From a virus (Duplodnaviria; Caudoviricetes), in the IMG/VR virus record IMGVR_UViG_3300016476_000282, positions 1 through 30,739 of that record: 30,739 nt of DNA. One strand, 5' to 3'. Positions within the stretch are counted from its first letter, which is position 1. Each line of letters begins with the position of its first letter. A program made the translations under genes and the position numbers. This document shows positions 24,658 through 30,739 of this stretch, one piece after another. The notes beneath the pieces are model-generated. The model saw only the letters and a list, made by a program, of their open reading frames with translations. It had not been told where the DNA came from and did no database searches.

Positions 24658-27177
24658 TCACCCCTCATCCATTGTGTCAGGGTCATATCCCTTGACAAAT
24701 TTGCGCCCTTTATAGTTCGGGCTATTGACAGCCAGCTTGTATATCTCGTCAACATGTCGTTGCTTCGCTTTGATAACCTGCTGCCTGTAATCTTTAAATA
24801 AGTTAGGTAGTTCTGGATTGATCGCCCAGACCACATGCCGCTTGTTAAATTGCTCCTCAACCTGCATCACCCAACCCGATTGCTCCAACATCAGCATGGA
24901 GTCCATCACCATCTGATCCTTTTGCCATTCGCTCATATTCTCAAGAGGCCTGCGTGCCGACCGCTTCAACTCTCGCAGTGTCACCATTTGCTTTTCATCG
25001 CAAATGTGAATAATGTGATCAGTCATCCACTGATCAAGTGAATCGTCAGCCAGACCACCGACTTCACCCAATGAATACCGTAGTGCTGGAATAATGTATC
25101 CACGCACCAAGCGCACCACACGATTCGTCACATCAGCTGATACTTCGATGTCATAAGGTGATTCGATGAGATGAAACAACAGGATCAATCGACCAGCCAG
25201 ACCTTCAAGTTTGCCAAATGCTGTGAGATAGGTGTTATCTGCTTTCACCAATCGCTCATCTTGCTTCGCTTGCTCATACCACGCTTGGAACTCACGATAT
25301 GCGTTATAGGCTGGCTCACTCATGCGATAGATCATCGGCGGCAACCCGTACACGGTACGCACCATGTGATCGTATTCAGCCTTGTTCGTCATGTAGTCTG
25401 GTACCGGATGACCCAGCTTCGTTTTGTTCCCGCGCAGCACAATCGGAATGAATCGCTGAAGCAGGCCATCTGACGACAGGTTGCGCACGTTGTCCTTGAA
25501 CACACGCGGCTGGATATTGCCAAAGATTGACACGGCCAGATTGCTCGCGTGAATGCTGCCACTGCCTACCCGGTCCATCTCGTAGTGCTCACCCTCGTAA
25601 CTGACCACCCATGCCGACCGATCCTCGCCGCTGGTCTTGTCGGTGATCTTGCGCACCCATGCGTTCATCTCGTCCAGATAGCACAGCAGCCCCCGCGGCC
25701 TGTCAGCAGCCGATCTGACCAGCTTCTGCGAAGTAATGTCCGACACTGTGATCTTCAGTGATACCGGGGGCGGCGGCAGCTCGGGTACCACCGGGGGCAT
25801 GGTGTTGGCCAACAGCGCCTCGGGTGTCTGGGCGAACTCAATGAACGCCTTTTTGGCCATCGCGTACTGTGCCTCTTTGGACTCCCAGTTCAGCTGCTCT
25901 TTGGCGAACCGGGGGCGATCCTCAGCCTCAATCTCTTTCAAAACCTGAAACATTGGCCGACTGCCGGGCGACTTCTTATCCGCGGGGTCCCCGAGCGTCA
26001 TCAGCCACAGGATCGGCGGTACCCGGAACCCCGGCATTAGTTCCAGCCTGATACGGGCATCCACGGCCCCACAGACGGCCCCCAGACCCGCGAACAGGGG
26101 CACCAGAGGATCACACCCCACCGACTCGGCAATCTCGTCTGCGCGGGTCGCCAGCACCCTTGGGAACAGGCTCAGGTCGAGGTCGGGTGCTGGCGGGCGC
26201 AGATCGGTGATGATCTTCTTCGGGGAAGCCGTAGTTGTTGGCGAAAACAGGGTCGATACGTCCGGGGTGGGCCTAACCCAGCCATGACGGCGTGCAATGT
26301 GAAAAAGCGTGCCCAGCTTGACGCTGGTGGCCTTGTCTGGCCTGAAGCTGCTCCATTGGGTCAGGATGTCGCGCTCACCCGGATATTTGCTCTGGCTCTG
26401 GGCTGACCACTCATTCCACAGGTACAGCGCCTGGTCGATCTGCCCGGTCGCGGTACCGGCCCAGTGCAACGCCATGCCTATGTTGATCCATTCCTCGCGG
26501 GAAACATCCGGGCTGATATGCTCAAGCGCCCCACGAATTTCCTCCCATGAGGCGTCGATCGACTCGCCCATGGACATCGATCGCGCTCGGTCCTGCTCAA
26601 GTAAATAATTCCAAAAATTTAATAATTCTGTGGGGATGGTTGGCAACCGGGACCAGTGGCCGCGTCCGGCCCAGCGGTACGGCTGATGTGTGTCCGGGTG
26701 GATCGACGGCGGCAGCACATCCTGAACCGTCAGGTTGTTGGCAGTTGCACACCGGAAATCCAGATAATTAAACCGCTTACCGTCTGGCGCCACATCAATC
26801 AGCTTCTTCGACGGCAGCGCCAGCCCGAACGGCATCGCGTACAGCAGCTTGCCATGGCCCTGCCTGCCACTGTCCACGATCACCGCGTCAGGGGCGTCGT
26901 AGAGCGCGTTCAGATCGACGCCGTGGATGGCCAACTCAGCCGCAGCGCGGTCCCAGACATCCACATCAAGCGCCATGGTGCCACTGTAGGCGTGGGCCAG
27001 ACCAATACCGAACCCCGGCAGCAGATCGGTCTGTGACTTCAGCGCAGATTCGCGAAGGTTCCAGCCTCGGTTTGTCGGCCCCTTTGTACCCGGTGGGATT
27101 GGCACCAATGACCAGCCGTGACGGATATAGGCGTCAACAGAGGCAGGGTGCTGTTGGACTTGTGGTACTGTTGTCAT
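24658..27177 (-). CDS. Bifunctional primase-polymerase (Prim-Pol) with PriCT-2 and DUF3987-like NTPase/helicase domain
   Basis: Likely start MTTVPQV at 27177; Y..HGWSLVPI.PGTKGP...GW, ALDVD and VLPPSIHP.T..PYRW (Prim-Pol); AL..ISPD..REEWI.IGMAL...WS....KY....W.SF...GTLF..A (PriCT-2); G.P..KKSP, YLDEM and SDGLLQRF (DUF3987-like). Confidence 0.88.
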   Translation of the reverse strand: MTTVPQVQQHPASVDAYIRHGWSLVPIPPGTKGPTNRGWNLRESALKSQTDLLPGFGIGLAHAYSGTMALDVDVWDRAAAELAIHGVDLNALYDAPDAVIVDSGRQGHGKLLYAMPFGLALPSKKLIDVAPDGKRFNYLDFRCATANNLTVQDVLPPSIHPDTHQPYRWAGRGHWSRLPTIPTELLNFWNYLLEQDRARSMSMGESIDASWEEIRGALEHISPDVSREEWINIGMALHWAGTATGQIDQALYLWNEWSAQSQSKYPGERDILTQWSSFRPDKATSVKLGTLFHIARRHGWVRPTPDVSTLFSPTTTASPKKIITDLRPPAPDLDLSLFPRVLATRADEIAESVGCDPLVPLFAGLGAVCGAVDARIRLELMPGFRVPPILWLMTLGDPADKKSPGSRPMFQVLKEIEAEDRPRFAKEQLNWESKEAQYAMAKKAFIEFAQTPEALLANTMPPVVPELPPPPVSLKITVSDITSQKLVRSAADRPRGLLCYLDEMNAWVRKITDKTSGEDRSAWVVSYEGEHYEMDRVGSGSIHASNLAVSIFGNIQPRVFKDNVRNLSSDGLLQRFIPIVLRGNKTKLGHPVPDYMTNKAEYDHMVRTVYGLPPMIYRMSEPAYNAYREFQAWYEQAKQDERLVKADNTYLTAFGKLEGLAGRLILLFHLIESPYDIEVSADVTNRVVRLVRGYIIPALRYSLGEVGGLADDSLDQWMTDHIIHICDEKQMVTLRELKRSARRPLENMSEWQKDQMVMDSMLMLEQSGWVMQVEEQFNKRHVVWAINPELPNLFKDYRQQVIKAKQRHVDEIYKLAVNSPNYKGRKFVKGYDPDTMDEG

Positions 27178-27206
27178 TCCTGTCCCAAAATATTTTTCTC
27201 GACCTG

Positions 27207-27236
27207 TTGCACATCGTAATCCATTTGTGATACGCT
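27207..27236 (+). promoter_or_regulatory. Candidate rightward sigma70 promoter of the replication operon
   Basis: TTGCAC (27207-27212), 18 bp, TG-A-TACGCT extended -10 (27231-27236), in the ~80-bp divergent gap. Confidence 0.45.
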
Positions 27237-27259
27237 TGCAAGCATCAAGTGAGGGAAAT

Positions 27260-27463
27260 ATGCCAGCACCGTCAATTTTTAATTGCCACATCACTTTCCG
27301 GGTCAACAACAAAACCCGGATTGCCTTTAATCGCAAGGCACAGAAATACGGGATACCGTCCGATGTGCTGCGCGAACTTGTTCAGGCGTTTCTCGATGAT
27401 CGCCTTGTAATTCAACCTGACCCAAAGAAGGAGAGCTTGTATGTCACTAGAATCGAAAATTGA
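27260..27463 (+). CDS. Small ribbon-helix-helix-like DNA-binding protein
   Basis: Likely start at 27260 (GAGGG RBS); HITFRV strand, helix, G.PSDVLRELVQAFL helix fits the Arc/CopG pattern. Confidence 0.65.
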   Translation: MPAPSIFNCHITFRVNNKTRIAFNRKAQKYGIPSDVLRELVQAFLDDRLVIQPDPKKESLYVTRIEN

Positions 27464-27872
27464 TAAATTGATCACGGCTGTTGAGGCACTTACGAATGCG
27501 CTTAATTCGCAAGGTTCTCAAACGATGGCCGCGCCGCCAGTACAAGCCCCTGTCGCTGCGCCAGCGCCTATTCCTCAAGCTCCTGCTATACCTCAAGCAC
27601 CCGTGGCTGCCCCGCCTGTAGCGCAGCAACAAATGCCCGCTGCACCGACTTTTGAGATGCCTGCTGCTGCACCGGCAATCACTGGTGCACCGTTCAATGA
27701 CGGCAAGGGTCTGATTGCTTATGTGATGGAGGCATACAAGGCGATGGGTCCACAAAAAGGTGCAGGTATTCAGAATGTGCTGACAGCACTGGGCTATGGC
27801 AACATCAATGATGTGAAGCCCGAGCACTACGGCACACTGTATGCTCAAGTTGAAGCGTTAAAAGCCGCATGA
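27441..27872 (+). CDS. Pro/Ala-rich hypothetical protein
   Basis: AAGGAG RBS; N-terminal helix, PA-rich linker, C-terminal small domain; this layout is typical of genes preceding DUF2800. Confidence 0.8.
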   Translation: MSLESKIDKLITAVEALTNALNSQGSQTMAAPPVQAPVAAPAPIPQAPAIPQAPVAAPPVAQQQMPAAPTFEMPAAAPAITGAPFNDGKGLIAYVMEAYKAMGPQKGAGIQNVLTALGYGNINDVKPEHYGTLYAQVEALKAA

Positions 27873-29164
27873 GCGATCACGCCTTATTGTCACCGAGTCG
27901 TGCCCATCGCTGGATGGCGTGCCCCGGTTCGATCAGGGAAGAATCAAAATACCCTGATGAATCTGGTCCTGCCGCAGTTGATGGTACGCACACTCACTCG
28001 TTGCTTGAATACTGTATCAAAAACGATATGCTGGACCCACATAGCATGGTGGGTGCAGAGCTTACTGATCATGAAGGTAAATTTGTTGTCGATGATCAGC
28101 GAGCCAATCGAGTTCGCATGGCGCTTGATTACATTAAACAGCGCATTGCCGAATACAACGGCATGTGTGAAGTAATCAGTGAAACCCGTGTTGACCCAGC
28201 GTATCTTATCGGTCGCACTGATATGTCCGGTACCGTGGACGTTCAGATTCGTGGTGGTCGTGTCATTGAACTCATCGACTACAAGGATGGCATGAACCTT
28301 GTGGAAGCTGATGGCAATGTGCAATTGCTGCAATATGCGATTGGTGTTCTTGCAGGCTTCGAGCGTCCAATAAACGCTGAGTATCCTTTCGATGTAATTC
28401 GCATGACAATCATTCAGCCGAAACTGGCAATGAAAGGTCAAAATTACATCATGCACTGGGAGTTGTTTGTATCCGAAGTTATCGCTAAAATGGGCGACTT
28501 CATCGTCAAAGCAAAAGCTACTGACGACCCAAATGCACCACTGATTCCCGGTGAGCGTCAATGTAAATATTGCCGAGCAAAAGGTAGCTGTTCAGCCTTG
28601 GCAAGTAATGTGATGAAAGAGGTCGGTGTTATGTTCCAAGTTACTGAAACTTCTCCGCTTGATCTGGCGCACCAAAGCGCCAACAAAGACCCGAACACCA
28701 TGACGGATCAGCAGATTCGTGAAATCATGGAAGCAGCACCACTGATGCGCCAGTTGCTTGAGAGTGTTGAAGAAGAAGCATTGCGCCGCATGAAGAAGGG
28801 TCAATCGATTCCCGGTTTGAAGATTGTCAATGGTCGCGGCTCGCGTGTATGGGCGCTGCCTGAGAATGAAATGGCCGAGAAGCTGGTCAAACTGGGTATT
28901 CCGAAATCAGAAGTATATGAAACAAAACTTTTGTCACCTTCCAAAGCCGAAAAGGTGACTTGGAAAAAACGTGACGGTACTCAAAAATGTTTATCGGAAC
29001 GCCAGATCAAAACACTGAATCAAGAATATGTTGTAAAAATGGCGGGTAAGTTAACCGTCGCACCAGAATCAGATGACCGCCCTGCTGTGGTCTTTGATGC
29101 GTCGTCGATGTTTGGCGCAATTGAGTCGCAGGTACCTGAAGCAATGCCTGCTTGGTTAATGTAA
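27869..29164 (+). CDS. DUF2800-family Cas4-like PD-(D/E)XK exonuclease
   Basis: HALLSPS.A.RW..CPGS, GT..H, GTVD, IDYKDG, QL..YA.G, I.QP and C..C.AK..C (1+3 Cys, Fe-S staple arrangement). Confidence 0.9.
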   Translation: MSDHALLSPSRAHRWMACPGSIREESKYPDESGPAAVDGTHTHSLLEYCIKNDMLDPHSMVGAELTDHEGKFVVDDQRANRVRMALDYIKQRIAEYNGMCEVISETRVDPAYLIGRTDMSGTVDVQIRGGRVIELIDYKDGMNLVEADGNVQLLQYAIGVLAGFERPINAEYPFDVIRMTIIQPKLAMKGQNYIMHWELFVSEVIAKMGDFIVKAKATDDPNAPLIPGERQCKYCRAKGSCSALASNVMKEVGVMFQVTETSPLDLAHQSANKDPNTMTDQQIREIMEAAPLMRQLLESVEEEALRRMKKGQSIPGLKIVNGRGSRVWALPENEMAEKLVKLGIPKSEVYETKLLSPSKAEKVTWKKRDGTQKCLSERQIKTLNQEYVVKMAGKLTVAPESDDRPAVVFDASSMFGAIESQVPEAMPAWLM

Positions 29165-29177
29165 ATTGGAGATTGTT

Positions 29178-29900
29178 ATGTCAGATATTATTTATCTCAG
29201 TAATGTTCGTTTGTCTTTCCCCCACATCATCGAACCTCAACGTCAAGTTAATGAACAGACCGGTAAAGAGCGCATCAGCTATAACTGCGAGTTCATCATG
29301 GCAAAAGATCATGTTGGCTTTGCACAATTTATGCAGCGTTATGCGGCAATGGCCGCCGAAAAGTGGAAAGAACATGCGAACACTGTGATGAGCATGATTC
29401 AGAATGATCGTAAATCACGATGCTACGGTGTCGGTGAGGAAAAGATCAACAAGAAAACATTCCAACCCTACGATGGGTATGTTGGTCATGTGTTCATCAC
29501 CGCTGGTCGTGATACTGCACCGCAAATCATTCAGGCCGATGGTCAACCCATCGATCCGGCAAACACGATGGCGTATCAGCAACTGGCTCGCAAGATGTAC
29601 GGCGGCTGTCGTGTCAATGCTGCTGTCAAACCGTGGTTGCAAGAAAACACACATGGTCGCGGTATTCGTTGCGATCTGATTGCGGTACAGTTTGCAGGCG
29701 ACGATGCGGCGTTCGGTGAAGGCGCACCCGATGTGACTGGTATGTTTGGCGCTGTGGCTGCTGCAACGGCTCCTGTGGCTGGTATGGCACCTATGCCTGC
29801 AATGCCTGCTGCACCATTTGCCGGTGCACCAGCGGCACCTCAGATGGCAGCACCAGCGATGCCAGCGGTACCGGGTCTGCCGCCATTCATGCAGCAATAA
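29178..29900 (+). CDS. DUF2815-family single-stranded DNA-binding protein
   Basis: Likely start MSDIIY at 29178 (GGAGA RBS); NVRLSFP.I.EP, YGGC.VNA and GI...L.AVQF..D...FG motifs. Confidence 0.85.
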   Translation: MSDIIYLSNVRLSFPHIIEPQRQVNEQTGKERISYNCEFIMAKDHVGFAQFMQRYAAMAAEKWKEHANTVMSMIQNDRKSRCYGVGEEKINKKTFQPYDGYVGHVFITAGRDTAPQIIQADGQPIDPANTMAYQQLARKMYGGCRVNAAVKPWLQENTHGRGIRCDLIAVQFAGDDAAFGEGAPDVTGMFGAVAAATAPVAGMAPMPAMPAAPFAGAPAAPQMAAPAMPAVPGLPPFMQQ

Positions 29901-29905
29901 GTCAA

Positions 29906-29978
29906 TGGGTCAATGCGACGGATGCTAGTAGGTAGTTCTCTGGTCAGTTCTCCCTATTAGTGCAGACGCATTGACCCA
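29906..29978 (+). ncRNA. Candidate trans-acting antisense RNA hairpin
   Basis: 12-bp outer stem TGGGTCAATGCG/CGCATTGACCCA, 9-bp inner stem GCTAGTAGG/CCTATTAGT with G-U pairs, 20-nt loop; 29941-29953 is complementary to the RBS at 20234-20246 and 20472-20484. Confidence 0.7.
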
Positions 29979-29986
29979 CCCTTTTC

Positions 29987-30063
29987 GGTGACAACAGGAC
30001 GGCAGTGGCATACCGCACACGGTCATTGGGAGTGCAGTCACCTGACACCTCGGAAAGACGGGG
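29987..30063 (+). ncRNA. Second structured RNA element upstream of the polymerase gene
   Basis: GGTGAC/GTCACC closing stem, CAGTGGC/GTCATTG inner stem with G-U pairs, terminal CCTCG-GAAAGA-CGGGG hairpin. Confidence 0.5.
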
Positions 30064-30081
30064 ACTTACAAAAATAAATCC

Positions 30082-30738
30082 ATGCGAGACTTTATCTACG
30101 ATATTGAGACATACCCGAATGTGTTCACGATGAACGTGAAGCACGCGGAGTCTGGTTTTCGTTGGATGTTTGAAATAAGTGATTATCGTGACGACTCTCG
30201 AAGCATCATTGACTTTGTTCGCTACTTGGCAGACATCCACGCTCGCATGGTTGGCTTCAACAACTTGGGTTTTGATTACCCTGTTGTCCATTTTTTGCTT
30301 CTTAATCCTAAAGCCGGTGCTAAAGGATTGTACGAGCGAGCTATGGCCATTATCAAAAATCAAGATGACGAAAATCGTTGGGCTTTTCAAGTCAAACCAA
30401 CAGACAGATCAGTCGAACAGATAGACTTGTTCAAGATTCATCACTTCGATAACAAAGCGAAAGCCACCAGTCTCAAGGTGCTTGAGTTCAATATGCGCTC
30501 GCATAGCATTGAGGACCTGCCGTTCAAGGTTGGCACGACATTGACTGCTGATCAGATTCCGGTTCTCAAGAAATACAACGCGCACGATGTTGATGAGACT
30601 CACAAGTTTTTCAATCATTCGATCAAGATGGTCGAGTTTCGTGAAGAACTAACGCGCAAGTATCAGCGCGACTTCATGAACCACAATGATACTAAGATCG
30701 GCAAAGATTATTTCATCATGAAGTTGGAAGAAGCCGGG
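30082..30738 (+). CDS. DNA polymerase, N-terminal 3'-5' exonuclease domain (partial; runs off the right edge)
   Basis: Not in the ORF track; ATG at 30082 gives MRDFIYDIETYPNVF (ExoI), MVGFNNLGFDYP (ExoII) and KYNAHDV (ExoIII). The polymerase family cannot be fixed from this part alone. Confidence 0.88.
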   Translation, partial: MRDFIYDIETYPNVFTMNVKHAESGFRWMFEISDYRDDSRSIIDFVRYLADIHARMVGFNNLGFDYPVVHFLLLNPKAGAKGLYERAMAIIKNQDDENRWAFQVKPTDRSVEQIDLFKIHHFDNKAKATSLKVLEFNMRSHSIEDLPFKVGTTLTADQIPVLKKYNAHDVDETHKFFNHSIKMVEFREELTRKYQRDFMNHNDTKIGKDYFIMKLEEAG

Positions 30739-30739
30739 A

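Noticed and set aside
27178-27336. N-terminal extension of the primase ORF in the track
   Set aside because: It overlaps the divergent promoter and the RHH gene; ATG at 27177 has a purine-rich RBS and directly precedes the Prim-Pol domain.
29987-30063. tRNA in the SSB-polymerase gap
   Set aside because: No cloverleaf, T-loop GTTC consensus in position or CCA end found.
29944-30618. Track ORFs at 29944-30390 (-), 30179-30424 (+) and 30409-30618 (-)
   Set aside because: They overlap the polymerase frame starting at 30082, which has clear Exo I-III motifs.

Overview
The window is part of a podovirus-like tailed phage genome; a Proteobacterial host is only an inference. From 1 to ~19.6 kb on the minus strand lies the virion module, read right to left: small and large terminase, several small proteins, portal, scaffold, major capsid, T7-like tail tubular proteins A/B, a GNAT-like protein, three putative internal virion/ejection proteins and three tail fibre/receptor-binding genes. 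The last of these is a LamG-repeat gene cut by the window edge and missing from the ORF track. The 19.6-20.2 kb stretch is a non-coding divergent control region with an array of (A)CCCAATGGG(T) motifs, one sitting inside a near-consensus sigma70 promoter. At 20.2-22.8 kb (+) is a run of small unknown early genes ending in an XRE-HTH gene. At 22.9-27.2 kb (-) are a Prim-Pol/PriCT-2/DUF3987-type primase and small cassettes sharing an identical 13-nt start sequence, including an N6-adenine methyltransferase. At 27.3-30.7 kb (+) are an RHH regulator, a DUF2800 Cas4-like nuclease, a DUF2815-like SSB and the start of a DNA polymerase. The most striking observation is a long stem-loop between the SSB and polymerase genes (29906-29978). 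Its loop carries a perfect 13-nt complement of the duplicated ribosome-binding site of the first two early genes ~9.5 kb away, making it a candidate trans-acting phage antisense RNA for an early-to-middle switch. All family assignments come from motif recognition by eye, not database searches.
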